The notes under the pieces: generated by a model
Told to the model about the DNA's origin: nothing
The model's input: the letters and a program-made list of their open reading frames with translations, nothing else
The model's database searches: none
Shown here: positions 20,671 through 30,660 of the stretch, piece after piece
How the letters are laid out: every line of letters starts with the position of its first letter
Numbering within the stretch: the stretch's first letter is position 1
Origin: an uncultured cyanobacterium
GTDB lineage: Bacteria; Cyanobacteriota; Cyanobacteriia; Phormidesmidales; Phormidesmidaceae
Direction: 5' to 3'
Assembly (NCBI GenBank): GCA_963793265.1
Contig: CAWBZI010000004.1
Location: 192,001 to 256,000, forward strand
Length of the DNA: 64,000 bases
Translations under genes and position numbers: made by a program

Positions 20671-20860
20671 TAGTTGTCCGACATGAGCCGAACTCACGGC
20701 CCTTTGGGTTTTTGCCAAACTCACAGATACCTATTCCACCACCAAGCGGGCATGTACGCAACTATTTTGCAGGCCAAAAAAGATGTGTCTGCCTGAAGAT
20801 GCGCTGGAATCGGTGCTTAAGCTCTACTATATATAGAGCAAATATTTTCTTTGTATATAG

Positions 20861-21097
20861 ATGACCTTTCCTGCGCTTGAAACGTCTACTTTATTAGGCA
20901 TCGCTACCTACGCCATCGTAGCTGGACTGTATTTATTGGTTATTCCAGGAGCGCTACTGTATTACGTTAAGGCGCGGTTTAACGACACGGGCTCTATTGA
21001 GCGGCTGTGCCTCTACGGCTTGGTGCTGGTGTTTTTCCCTGGAATGCTGCTGCTAAGCCCGTTCTTGAACTTTCGACCTAAGCGCCGCGAAGTGTAA
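20861..21097 (+). CDS. ndhL: NDH-1 subunit L
   Basis: YLLVIP..IERL..YGLV..FFPGMLLLSPFLNFRP; conserved ndhL-DUF3007-trpA order. Confidence 0.93.
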   Translation: MTFPALETSTLLGIATYAIVAGLYLLVIPGALLYYVKARFNDTGSIERLCLYGLVLVFFPGMLLLSPFLNFRPKRREV

Positions 21098-21126
21098 AAG
21101 AAGCTGAACACGATAGGGCGGTTGTG

Positions 21127-21474
21127 ATGCGAAGAATTGATGTAATTGGCATTGGCATTGGTGTTTTTGCGGCGGGTGGTCTGCTGTATTTAGCGTTTTC
21201 GTGGGCGGGGCTAGATGGCCTGTCGGCAGGAATTTGGAGTCAGGTGGTGTTTGTCGCTGGGCTGCTGGGCTGGACGGCGACGTATATTTCACGGGCGCTG
21301 GGTAAAAAGATGACCTATTACCAGCAGCTTGAGGACTATGAGGACGCGGTGCTGCAAAAGCGACTAGAAGAGATGAGCCCAGATGAGATTGCGGCGCTTC
21401 AGGCAGAAGTAGAGGCGGAGCGGGCGGCGGCTGAGGCGATCGCGCCAGAAAAGGAACCCAGTCCGAGGGCGTAA
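21127..21474 (+). CDS. DUF3007 family membrane protein
   Basis: MRRIDVI..AGIWSQ..MTYYQQLEDYEDAVLQKRLEE. Confidence 0.88.
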   Translation: MRRIDVIGIGIGVFAAGGLLYLAFSWAGLDGLSAGIWSQVVFVAGLLGWTATYISRALGKKMTYYQQLEDYEDAVLQKRLEEMSPDEIAALQAEVEAERAAAEAIAPEKEPSPRA

Positions 21475-21526
21475 GGCTTGCCAGAAGGGTATAAGATCCG
21501 GTGGTTAGGTATGCCGGAATATTTTT

Positions 21527-22321
21527 ATGGTGTCTGTTAAAGAGCAGTTCGATCGGTTGCGAGCGGCGGGGGAGTGCGCGCTAATTCCGTTTATCACAGC
21601 AGGCGATCCTGATTTGGAGACGACGGCTAAGGCTTTGCAGGTGCTCGATGAGAACGGGGCGGATTTGATTGAGCTAGGTGTGCCCTATGCCGATCCGCTG
21701 GCAGACGGGCCGACGATTCAGGCGGCGGCGACGCGATCGCTCAGGCAAGGCACCACGTTAGAAGCCGTGCTCGATTTGGTTAAAGCTGTAAGCCCAAAGC
21801 TCTCAGCTCCGATCATTTTGTTTACCTACTACAATCCGGTGCTCAACCGAGGCGTAGAAACCTTTTTAAAAGACATCTACGCGGCGGGCGCGCGAGGGCT
21901 AGTGGTGCCTGATTTGCCGCTAGAAGAAATGGACGATTTGCTAACGGCGGCGGCGGCGGTTGGCATCGCGGTGATTTTGCTGGTTGCACCTACCTCGCCT
22001 GATGAAAGGATTAAAGAAATTGTGGCGCGATCGCAAGGCTTTGTCTATTTGGTGAGTGTGACCGGCGTAACGGGTGTTCGCCAGGAAGTTGCCAACCGCG
22101 TAGAAGGGCTCTTAGCTGACTTGCACCAGGCAACCGATAAGCCAATTGGCGTCGGCTTTGGCGTGTCTGAACCAGCCCAGGCAAAGCAGCTCAAAGATTG
22201 GGGCGCAGACGGTGTAATTGTAGGAAGTGCGATAGTGAAGCGCTTGGCTGGTGGTGCGCCTGAAGAGGGGTTAGCTGCTGTCGCTGAATTTTGTGCTCAG
22301 CTTAAGACGGCTATTCAGTAG
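21527..22321 (+). CDS. trpA: Tryptophan synthase alpha subunit
   Basis: [30 protein letters not shown] and GVGFG motifs. Confidence 0.98.
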   Translation: MVSVKEQFDRLRAAGECALIPFITAGDPDLETTAKALQVLDENGADLIELGVPYADPLADGPTIQAAATRSLRQGTTLEAVLDLVKAVSPKLSAPIILFTYYNPVLNRGVETFLKDIYAAGARGLVVPDLPLEEMDDLLTAAAAVGIAVILLVAPTSPDERIKEIVARSQGFVYLVSVTGVTGVRQEVANRVEGLLADLHQATDKPIGVGFGVSEPAQAKQLKDWGADGVIVGSAIVKRLAGGAPEEGLAAVAEFCAQLKTAIQ

Positions 22322-22350
22322 CACCTGATCTCTGAGCGCTTGATCCTTTC

Positions 22351-22518
22351 TCAATTCTCTTTCTTTTCTTCCTTGCGCGCTGCTTTGATCACGTTTTCTA
22401 GCGCAACCGCTAGGTCAGGGGGAGACTTTTGTTTCTTTTTGGGTGGGGATAAGGCGGCGTGAGTGCTGATGAAAACTAGAATGCCAGCGATTGCAAGAAT
22501 AGGCAGGATAGGTAGCAT
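22351..22518 (-). CDS. Small single-TM protein with Lys-rich tail (55 aa)
   Basis: From ATG 22518: MLPILPILAIAGILVFISTHAALSPPKKKQKSPP...; the N-terminus resembles that of the upstream small ORF. Confidence 0.65.
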   Translation of the reverse strand: MLPILPILAIAGILVFISTHAALSPPKKKQKSPPDLAVALENVIKAARKEEKKEN

Positions 22519-22741
22519 GTTGCAGGGTTGTCTAGAGGGTAGATGTTGCTTTTTTAGCTGTGTAAGTTTTAGCTGTGTAAGTTTTTTCGAGGCACCCATA
22601 TCGGCGATTGTGCTACACAAGGTTTGATCGACGCAGTAAAGTAAGCGACCAAATGCTACACAAGTGCTTGTGTAAGACTACTGCTTTTTTCTGGCAGATA
22701 GAACAAAAATTACCTGCTCTCTAAGAAATTTCACTGACTAA

Positions 22742-22781
22742 TAAAGGCCAGCTTCACGACTAAATGTGAGGCTGGCCTTTA
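22742..22781. terminator. Terminator-like hairpin between the two small ORFs
   Basis: TAAAGGCCAGCTTCAC / GTGAGGCTGGCCTTTA inverted repeat. Confidence 0.75.
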
Positions 22782-22868
22782 CTTAAGCCATCTGAATTTG
22801 ATTTAGCTGTCTGTGGTTTCTGTTGATACAGCGTTGAGCGACGTGATTATAGAGAAACCATCTTGCGG

Positions 22869-23105
22869 CTAATAGCGATCTCTATCTCTCGGTCTATCAT
22901 AGCCGCTAGAGGATCGTCCTCTGTCTCTATCGTAATCCTGAGAGTAGCTTTTAGAGCGCGCTCTGCCTTTGGCGTTTCTGCCTCTAGAGCCCGATGAGCG
23001 ATAGTCTCTATCTTGATAGTAGCGGGGTGGCGCACTAGCAGCAGCGTGAGCGCTAATGAACATAAAGACGATGATGATTGCGACGATGGGAAAAAATGCT
23101 GGCAT
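22869..23105 (-). CDS. Small single-TM protein with Arg/Ser/Asp-rich tail (78 aa)
   Basis: MPAFFPIVAIIIVFMFISAHAAASAPP followed by RD/RS repeats; AGGCGG upstream of the ATG. Confidence 0.65.
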   Translation of the reverse strand: MPAFFPIVAIIIVFMFISAHAAASAPPRYYQDRDYRSSGSRGRNAKGRARSKSYSQDYDRDRGRSSSGYDRPRDRDRY

Positions 23106-23308
23106 AATAGATACCGCCTAGTACAAGACTGGCTCAGTTACGATACAAGACGTATTTTTCAGATTTACCTATGGGTAAGCCTATGGAACAACACGCCTGC
23201 TAAGACACTGCCTTTAGCAGTATCTTCACTTACAAAGTAACGAAACTTTACACAGTTACCTCCGTAATACTACTGATATTGTCATCATTTGTCTATATTC
23301 TGCAGAGA

Positions 23309-25030
23309 TCATTCAGCATTTAAGTGAGATGACGGGTTGTCCGCCGAACTGACAGACGGCGTGACCTCGCTCGGCATACCGCTCCAAACCACACGCACAT
23401 CGCGCTGAGGAAATGGGATCTCGACGCCTTCTTTTCGCAGGGCTTTGCTGAGCATAAACAGCAAGTCGCTTTTAATGATGAACTGACGACTGGGCTGAGC
23501 GACCCATACTAGCAGGTCAAATTCTAGAGCGCTGTCACCAAAGTTCTTAAAAAGGACAGTTGCAGGCGGCGTGTCGAGCACGTCTGGGTGGGATTTGCCT
23601 GTTTGTAGCAGAATTTCTTTTACAATTTCAGGATCAGACTTATAGGCGACGCCTACTGGAATGCGAATGCGCGAAATTGGGTTGCGATGGCTCCAGTTAA
23701 CAACTTCGTTTTCTAGAAACTGAGAATTTGGCACGATAATAGACACCTGGTCTAGCGTGCGAATTTCAGTAGAGCGCGCGCCAATTCTTTCGACGGTACC
23801 GGCTTGATCGCTGATCTGGACAAATTCTCCGACCTGTACGGGGCGCTCAAATACAATCACCAAACCGCTGCCAATATCTTTGACGATGTTTTGCAAGCCT
23901 AAGCCTGCGCCGACGCCAAGGGCGCTAGCTAGCAGTGTGAGCGAGCTGAGGTTAATACCGGAGGCTTGCAGCACAACGATTGAGCCGATGAAGATGAGGG
24001 TGTAGCGCAAGATAATGGTGACGGCTTCTTGTACGCCTCGGTTAACGCCGGTTTCTTGTAGCACTCTGCGCTTAAGGACGTTGGAGATGATGCCTGCGAT
24101 CACCATAACCAGCAGTATCAAAATCAGGACTCGAAAAATATCTAGGATGGAAACGCTGCTGCTGCCGAGCTGAATGGTGTCGGCGGTGAAGGAGTCGGTG
24201 AGTTCGGAGACGACGCTGTAGCTGACGCTGCGCGTTTCGGGAAAGAGATTGGTGGCATAGAGCAGCGCGCCAATCCAAATGCCTGAGCGTAGGAGTAAGA
24301 GCGTGGCGTTGAGAAATAGATTGACGGCGGTGAACCCCTCCATGCTTTTTTTAGCTTTGGGGTCTTCTTTGCTGTCGGTGGTGGCTGATTTGAGGAACTG
24401 GGCGAGGTAGTTTCGCCAGAGGATGCCTGATAGCCAGTGGGCGATCGCAGCAATGAAAGGCACTACTGGAATCTGCCACAGGTTGCGGCGAATGTAGTCA
24501 CTCTGGCGCTGCTGCTTGGCAATGGCAAACGTGCTTTCTAGCTTATCAGCCCATATTTGGGCTTGCTCGGTAGGCGTGAGGCCACTTTCAGCATCGCTGG
24601 CAGTTACCGTGAAGTTGGCTCTGACAGTCGGATCTTCTAGGGTTGGTGCCCCTAGCCACACGGTCGCTAGCCTACCGGCCTCTGTGGTGAGCACCTCGGT
24701 TTCCGGCTCTAGCTGGGCTTGGGCAAATGCCTGCAGTCTGCGGCTGATGGTGTTGGCGCGAGCCGTGGCGCTGGCCGTGGTCGCGGTGTCTTTTATCCGA
24801 AAAACAGACCGACCGTCAACGACCACGGGCGCTGATTCTTCGTTGAGGGTCATGCTGGTGGGAAATAGCGCCCAGGGTGCGAAAAAGGGGAGGGCGATCG
24901 CGATGGTGAAGCTCAAAACAGCGCCGACAACAAGGCGAGCAATACGCTGCGGTCGGTGACGATCTTTGAGTTTTTTACTGAGGCTCGCTCTCGAACTCGC
25001 TGGCGGAACGGTCGGGGGGCTGTTGTTCAC
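23309..25030 (-). CDS. MscS-family mechanosensitive channel
   Basis: GLGLQNI, FERPVQVGE, IIVPNS, VVNWS and IPFPQRD motifs, with a periplasmic N-terminal extension. Confidence 0.95.
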   Translation of the reverse strand: MNNSPPTVPPASSRASLSKKLKDRHRPQRIARLVVGAVLSFTIAIALPFFAPWALFPTSMTLNEESAPVVVDGRSVFRIKDTATTASATARANTISRRLQAFAQAQLEPETEVLTTEAGRLATVWLGAPTLEDPTVRANFTVTASDAESGLTPTEQAQIWADKLESTFAIAKQQRQSDYIRRNLWQIPVVPFIAAIAHWLSGILWRNYLAQFLKSATTDSKEDPKAKKSMEGFTAVNLFLNATLLLLRSGIWIGALLYATNLFPETRSVSYSVVSELTDSFTADTIQLGSSSVSILDIFRVLILILLVMVIAGIISNVLKRRVLQETGVNRGVQEAVTIILRYTLIFIGSIVVLQASGINLSSLTLLASALGVGAGLGLQNIVKDIGSGLVIVFERPVQVGEFVQISDQAGTVERIGARSTEIRTLDQVSIIVPNSQFLENEVVNWSHRNPISRIRIPVGVAYKSDPEIVKEILLQTGKSHPDVLDTPPATVLFKNFGDSALEFDLLVWVAQPSRQFIIKSDLLFMLSKALRKEGVEIPFPQRDVRVVWSGMPSEVTPSVSSADNPSSHLNAE

Positions 25031-25140
25031 AGGGCGCTTGGCAAAGGGGGCTTCGGCAGGACGTTTTTAGCTTAGTTGACGGGTGTTATTTTGGTACGAT
25101 CGCGCTAAGAATTTTTGAGAAGATTTCTTGGCCTAATGCC

Positions 25141-25827
25141 TTAGTGCTTCACTGATCGCCGCTGGATCAATAGCGGCAACGCTGAAAGCAGCATGAGGAC
25201 AACCAGGCAGCAGAACAAAGGCAATAGGTCGCCGCTGCTAAGTGCTTCAGCGCCTGTGACGCCTAGCCAGGTGTATGCCAGCGTACCAGGAACGATGCCG
25301 ATGAGCGTTCCGAGCGCATAGGCTCTAATCGAGACAGGCGTAAGCCCTAAAGCAAAGTTAACGACGTTAAAAGGGGAGACGGGGGAGAAGCGAATGAGTA
25401 GTATGCAGCCTAAGCCCTGGGTGCATAGCGTTTCGTTTAGCTTTTTGAATAGGGGGCGATGGGCGAACTTTTTTTGGAAGCGATCGCGCATCAGATACCG
25501 CGCCACCCAAAACGCGCCAATAGCCCCCATCGTCGCGCCGATAGCAGAAAGCACGGTGCCCCACCAAATGCCATACACCGCGCCGCCGACGACAACCAGC
25601 AAAGTGCCAGGTACGCCAATAGTGTTGGCGATAGTGTGCGCTGCTAGAAATAGCAATACGCTGCGGACAGGCGAGGTGTCTGCGCTCGAAAAAAACTGGA
25701 TGAGCGTTTGGCGGTTGAAGATGAGAGCTAGCGATCGCCCAATAGCTGCCCAGCCAATAAGGCTCCCGCCTACGACAATAATGAATGTCAGCAGGCAGAA
25801 GCCCCAGAATTTTCGATTGAATTTCAT
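25141..25827 (-). CDS. TVP38/TMEM64 (DedA/VTT) membrane protein
   Basis: GVPGTLL..GGAVYG, IRFSPVSPFNVVNFALGLT and GIVPGT motifs. Confidence 0.93.
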   Translation of the reverse strand: MKFNRKFWGFCLLTFIIVVGGSLIGWAAIGRSLALIFNRQTLIQFFSSADTSPVRSVLLFLAAHTIANTIGVPGTLLVVVGGAVYGIWWGTVLSAIGATMGAIGAFWVARYLMRDRFQKKFAHRPLFKKLNETLCTQGLGCILLIRFSPVSPFNVVNFALGLTPVSIRAYALGTLIGIVPGTLAYTWLGVTGAEALSSGDLLPLFCCLVVLMLLSALPLLIQRRSVKH

Positions 25828-25897
25828 AAGTTAGCGATCGCGAAAGGCGCTGCGTGAAGCCGCTAGCGCCTCTGTGAAGTCTTCAGGTGTAGAGTTT

Positions 25898-26713
25898 TTA
25901 GACTACATCTGCGGGCGTTTTTTCCGCTTCTGGAACTGCCTCATTAAGCGCCTTTTTAGCAATTTTAGCGATATAGAGCGATATCGCCACAATGGTCACA
26001 AGAACCAGAATGCGGATAATCCAGCCAATAACGACTTCTTGAGGAGAGGCTGTGGTCGTTTCTTGACCGATCATAGCCACATCACCCACAAGCGAGCCTA
26101 AGTAAACGTACATGATGGTGCCGGGAATGATGCCGGTGGTTCCTAATACGTAATCTTTGAGAGAGACTTTTGTTAGGCCGAGCGCGTAGTTGAGCAGGTT
26201 GAATGGAAACGCAGGCGAAAGGCGAATTAAGAAGATGAGCTTCAGACCTTCTTCGGCAATTGAATTGTCTAGTGAGTTGAAGAAACGGTTGCCTTCTACC
26301 TTTTTAGCAATCCAGTCGCGAGCAATAAATCGTCCGATTAAGAAGGCGGCGGTTGCGCCAATCATTGCGCCAACAAATACTAGAAGCGAGCCGATATAAA
26401 CGCCAAAGATAGCGCCTGCGCCTAAGGTAATAACAGAAGCTGGTAAGAAGGCAACAGTGACAATTACATAGCCGATTAAAAAGACAATGTATTTAATCGA
26501 GCCTAAATTATCAATCCACTGAAGCGCATTGCCAAGCTGATCTTGCAGTTGAGAGAATATTGCAAAAGGCCCAGAAGCTTGAGCGGCACCTTCTTGCGCC
26601 CAGGCTGGGCCAACGGCTAAAAGTAGACTGCCCAACAGCGCGAACAACAAAATTTTAGTGACTTGCCGGACGCGTTTGGGCAAAAGAGAGAATAGAAACT
26701 CAGGAAAGCTCAT
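25898..26713 (-). CDS. TVP38/TMEM64 (DedA/VTT) membrane protein
   Basis: LPASVITLGAGAIFG, IRLSPAFPFNLLNYALGLT and GIIPGT motifs; likely start ATG 26713. Confidence 0.93.
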   Translation of the reverse strand: MSFPEFLFSLLPKRVRQVTKILLFALLGSLLLAVGPAWAQEGAAQASGPFAIFSQLQDQLGNALQWIDNLGSIKYIVFLIGYVIVTVAFLPASVITLGAGAIFGVYIGSLLVFVGAMIGATAAFLIGRFIARDWIAKKVEGNRFFNSLDNSIAEEGLKLIFLIRLSPAFPFNLLNYALGLTKVSLKDYVLGTTGIIPGTIMYVYLGSLVGDVAMIGQETTTASPQEVVIGWIIRILVLVTIVAISLYIAKIAKKALNEAVPEAEKTPADVV

Positions 26714-26762
26714 GAGAAAATCCTTTAGAGAACAAAGAGAAGATGAACTAGGAAAAACAAAC

Positions 26763-27806
26763 CTATAACAGCGAGCCGCCACAGCTAGAACCGCTACCTG
26801 CCGTGCACCCGTAGCAGTAAGGCCGCGTTGCAATCTGTTCGATCAGATCGACAGAATTAGCCTTGAGTAGATGGCTCACGGTGAGAGCGCTGCCATCTGG
26901 GGTGCGGGCGGGCAGGCTTTCCATTTGATTAAAGTCGCAGTCATACAGGTTGCCAAGATAGTCTACAGATAGTTCGTTACGACACATCAGATGCTCTACG
27001 GTGCTGGCGTTGTGATGATTCTCTAAGAACTTTAGGTAGGGCTGGTGAATGTTGCGGTGCTGTAGATGAAACTTGGTGCGGCCAATTGGGAGGTTGGTGA
27101 TGGTGAAAAGACTGTTGAAGACAATGCCGAAGTTTTTGTTGAGGTAGGCGGTGTAGTCTTTTTGCAGTGCCCCCTGATCGGGGGTGAGTGAGAAGTCTGT
27201 CGTGCTGGGAACAAGTGGGTTGTATACCAAATCCAGTACAAGATCAGGGTCGGTGCCGTAGCCTAATGCGTTGAGCTTTTGGATAGCGCGTACAGAGTCG
27301 TTGTAAACGCCTTTGCCGCGCATGGCATCCACGTTGTCCTCTAGATAACAAGGAAGAGAGGCGACGACATGGAGCTGGTGTTTGGCAAAGTACTCAGGCA
27401 GGTCTTCGTAGCCGGGCTCAAAGAAGACGGTGAGGTTTGAGCGCACGATCACGTCTTTGCCTTTGGCTCTGGCGGCTTCTACTAGGGGCCGAAAGCCGTA
27501 GTTCATCTCGGGGGCTCCGCCTGTAAGATCAACCGTTTGGATTTGATCGAAGCGGTTGATAACAGCTAAAAGCTGGTCGCAAACTTCGGGAGATAGCTCT
27601 TCAGTGCGATGTGGGCCTGCTTCTACGTGGCAGTGGCTACAGCTCAGGTTGCAGCGACGGCCTAAGTTTATTTGCAGAACGCTGATGGCGCGTTTGGCTA
27701 GAGGCGAGCCGACTTTGGTATCAAAAGGTGTGATGGATAGGTGCTTGGCCGTCGAAGCAGGTTTGATAGCTGTTTGATCTATTTTGGGTGGAGATGTTTG
27801 AACCAT
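26763..27806 (-). CDS. arsS: Arsenosugar biosynthesis radical SAM protein ArsS
   Basis: LQINLGRRCNLSCSHCHVEAGP (CxxxCxxC), DLTGGAPE, ASLPCY, LMCR, YDCDFNQ and C-terminal CYGCTAGSGSSCGG. Confidence 0.92.
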   Translation of the reverse strand: MVQTSPPKIDQTAIKPASTAKHLSITPFDTKVGSPLAKRAISVLQINLGRRCNLSCSHCHVEAGPHRTEELSPEVCDQLLAVINRFDQIQTVDLTGGAPEMNYGFRPLVEAARAKGKDVIVRSNLTVFFEPGYEDLPEYFAKHQLHVVASLPCYLEDNVDAMRGKGVYNDSVRAIQKLNALGYGTDPDLVLDLVYNPLVPSTTDFSLTPDQGALQKDYTAYLNKNFGIVFNSLFTITNLPIGRTKFHLQHRNIHQPYLKFLENHHNASTVEHLMCRNELSVDYLGNLYDCDFNQMESLPARTPDGSALTVSHLLKANSVDLIEQIATRPYCYGCTAGSGSSCGGSLL

Positions 27807-28098
27807 AGATTTGAAGGATGGAAACTAAAAAGGAAATGCTAGGCGCGTTTTGCTAGAACGTTTTACCAGGCGCGTTAGCTTTTTAGCTTAATGGTGTTTA
27901 GGGATGAATTTGAATCGCTTAACACTCTTTCTATTAGGTGCTATTAAAGGGGGTGATTCTGAGTTTTCGATTAGAGGCTGCTGGGAAGTTACAGAAGTAT
28001 ATGCCCTCAACAAACTATGATTTGCCTATCAGCGTCCTCTCAGGCTGGGTCAGTATGGTGAAAGCAGCTCACATCAAGCTTCTTACGAAGAAAAGCGC

Positions 28099-29547
28099 AT
28101 GAAATCTGTCGTCGATCCAAATTCTATTCAGTTTAGGCTCACCGTTGGCATGGTGCTGGCGTCGGTGATTGGCATCGGCGGGCTCACTGGCTGGGTGAAC
28201 TGGCGAATGCGGGAGCTGTTAGTAGAGAACCATAAGAAAAATGCGCTGGCGATCGCAACTCGCCTCAGCGAAGACGTTGATCTCTACGAAAGAACGGCGA
28301 TGGCCCCTCAGGCGCTTTCGATGGCGATTGACTACCGCGAGCAGCCGGATGTAGCAATCTGGGTGCTGGCTCCTGACGGTAATATTTTGGCTAAATCGGA
28401 CACGCTCGGCATGGGCTCTTGGCAGGTGAACGGTTTTTCTGACGCGCTGATGACGGTTGCTCACAATAGCGCCAATGGTCTAGACGTGATGAACCTGCAG
28501 GATCGTCATTTGGTGACGTGCTCTAGCCCGCTGACAGTCGGCGGGGAGCAGATTGGGACGCTCTATGTGGTAGACGATATTACGGAGGATCAAAATAGCC
28601 TTCATGCGATTACGCGAGCGCTGGCGCTCTCTAGTTTGCTGGCGATTGGGGTGGGTGCGATCGCGACATCCCTTTACATAAACCGCTCAATGCGCCCCAT
28701 TCGCAAAATGAGCCGCCTGGCTGGGAATATCTCGGCGAGCAACTTGGCGAGCACTCAGCTAGAGTTTGACCGCGCGCCCACTGAGGTGCAAGAGCTGGCC
28801 CAAACGTGCAATATGATGATTTCTCGGCTTTCTGCCGCCTGGGATCAGCAGCGCCGGTTTGTGAGCGATGTTTCTCACGAGCTGCGGACGCCGTTAACAT
28901 TGGTTCACGGCTATTTGCAAAGTACGCTGCGCCGTAGTGACAACCTAAGCGTGCCGCAGCGAGAGGGTTTGGAGATTGCTGCTGAGGAAGCCGATAGAAC
29001 GATTAAGCTGCTGCAAGAGCTGTTGGATTTGGCTAGAGCGGACGGCGGGCACATGCGCTTTCATATGGAGTGTGAGCCCTTGGATACGGTGGTAAAAGAG
29101 GTGTTGGAGATGAGTCAGTATGCGAGCGATCGCACCGTTGCTAATCTAGAACCCGTAATGGCCTGGACGGATCGCAACCGTCTTAAGCAAGTTCTCATTA
29201 ACTTGGTAGATAATGCGATGAAGTACTCAGCAGACGATCAGCCGGTTGAGGTGTCGCTAAAAAAATTGGGCGATCGCGCCTCCATTGAGGTAAAAGATCG
29301 AGGTCGCGGCATTCCGCTGGCTGATTTGACTAAAATCTTCGACCCGTTTTTTCGGGTAGACGAAGACCGATCTCGCGCCACAGGCGGCACGGGCTTAGGC
29401 TTATCAATTGTTAAAACTCTGGTAGAAGGGATGAACGGTACTCTCAAGGTACAATCCAAGCTGGGCGAAGGCAGTGTGTTTGCTGTGAGCCTGCCATTAA
29501 AAGGAGAAACGGTGCGTAATACGTTAGGAGGCTCGTCGGATGTCTGA
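28099..29547 (+). CDS. Membrane-bound HAMP sensor histidine kinase
   Basis: Two TM helices, HAMP, SHELRTPLT H-box, NLVDNAMKY and GGTGLGLSI. Confidence 0.96.
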   Translation: MKSVVDPNSIQFRLTVGMVLASVIGIGGLTGWVNWRMRELLVENHKKNALAIATRLSEDVDLYERTAMAPQALSMAIDYREQPDVAIWVLAPDGNILAKSDTLGMGSWQVNGFSDALMTVAHNSANGLDVMNLQDRHLVTCSSPLTVGGEQIGTLYVVDDITEDQNSLHAITRALALSSLLAIGVGAIATSLYINRSMRPIRKMSRLAGNISASNLASTQLEFDRAPTEVQELAQTCNMMISRLSAAWDQQRRFVSDVSHELRTPLTLVHGYLQSTLRRSDNLSVPQREGLEIAAEEADRTIKLLQELLDLARADGGHMRFHMECEPLDTVVKEVLEMSQYASDRTVANLEPVMAWTDRNRLKQVLINLVDNAMKYSADDQPVEVSLKKLGDRASIEVKDRGRGIPLADLTKIFDPFFRVDEDRSRATGGTGLGLSIVKTLVEGMNGTLKVQSKLGEGSVFAVSLPLKGETVRNTLGGSSDV

Positions 29548-30223
29548 ACCCGCCGCGCGCATTTTGATTGTTGAAGATGAAGAAAAGCTGGCGAAGTTTG
29601 TGCAGCTAGAGCTGGGCTATGAAGGCTACGAAGTGACGGTTGCCAATGACGGCCTGAGCGGACTGATGGCGGCTCGTGATTCTGAGCCGGATTTGATTTT
29701 GCTTGACTGGATGATGCCGGGCCTAACAGGCGTGGAAGTGTGTCGGCGGCTGCGGGCAACCGGCGCGATGATGCCGGTGATTTTGCTCACGGCTAAAGAT
29801 GGCATTGAAGACCGGGTGGCGGGCCTAGATGCGGGGGCCGATGACTATGTGCTCAAGCCTTTTAGCATTGAGGAGCTGCTAGCTCGGGTGCGGGCGCACT
29901 TACGGCGCAATCAGGGGGATGATCCTGAGGCTTTTCAGTTTGCTGATTTGACGTTGAGTCGTAAGTCTCGTGAGGTGAAAAGGGGCGATCGCGCGGTGGA
30001 GCTAACGGCAAAAGAGTTCGATTTGTTGGACTATTTGATCTCGCATCCTAAACAGGTTTTGTCACGCGATCGCATTCTTGAAGAAGTGTGGGGCTACGAC
30101 TTTATGGGCGACTCAAACATTATTGAAGTGTATATTCGCTACCTGCGCCTGAAGCTAGAAGCTGAAAACGAAAGCCGCCTGATTCAGACAGTACGTGGTG
30201 TAGGCTATGTGATGCGTAGCTAA
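29540..30223 (+). CDS. OmpR-family response regulator (probable cognate of the upstream kinase)
   Basis: Receiver plus winged helix; overlaps the kinase by 8 bp. Confidence 0.96.
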   Translation: MSEPAARILIVEDEEKLAKFVQLELGYEGYEVTVANDGLSGLMAARDSEPDLILLDWMMPGLTGVEVCRRLRATGAMMPVILLTAKDGIEDRVAGLDAGADDYVLKPFSIEELLARVRAHLRRNQGDDPEAFQFADLTLSRKSREVKRGDRAVELTAKEFDLLDYLISHPKQVLSRDRILEEVWGYDFMGDSNIIEVYIRYLRLKLEAENESRLIQTVRGVGYVMRS

Positions 30224-30228
30224 GGGCT

Positions 30229-30660
30229 TTACGCTTCTATCGCTGAAATGAATGACTGTTGACCATACGCCAAAAGCTTACGATCTTTTGTTACGAGGCT
30301 TGCGCTTGTCAGTCGGCTAGTCGCTGCTAAAATCCTATCTGCTGGATCGCCGTGAATAGTTCCTGGCAAACGCGAACTTTCCACCGCGATTTCGGGTGTT
30401 ATCGGAACGAGCCCCAGCTTGGGTGCACTCAATGCCTCACGAACCCAGTCTATACAGGTTTTTTGGAGCTGTATTCTGCCTTTGGATTCCAACATGCCTA
30501 TTTCCCATACAGAGATAGCTGATACGCTCAGTTTCTCAGCAGAGACAATAGCCGATAGACAATCATCAGATAGTTTTTCTGTTTCTTTATTCAATAGCCA
30601 CAGCCAAACGTGAGTATCTAGTAAGAGATTTTGTTGCTTGCTCTTAGACGACTCGCTCAC
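30229..30660 (-). CDS. PIN-domain (VapC) toxin
   Basis: LLDTHVWLW, SAISVWE, HGDPADR and LVTKD acidic PIN motifs. Confidence 0.93.
   Translation of the reverse strand: MSESSKSKQQNLLLDTHVWLWLLNKETEKLSDDCLSAIVSAEKLSVSAISVWEIGMLESKGRIQLQKTCIDWVREALSAPKLGLVPITPEIAVESSRLPGTIHGDPADRILAATSRLTSASLVTKDRKLLAYGQQSFISAIEA

Noticed and set aside
20534..20864. ORFs 20534-20761 and 20574-20864
   Set aside because: Both overlap the tRNA-Leu gene and are most likely spurious.
22869..23105. Possible PatX/PatS-type signalling peptide
   Set aside because: It has a hydrophobic N-terminus and Arg/Gly/Ser runs but no RG(S/T)GR pentapeptide.
26763..26830. Selenocysteine recoding at the ArsS C-terminus
   Set aside because: The SSCGG position is a normal TGT Cys codon, and there is no in-frame TGA.
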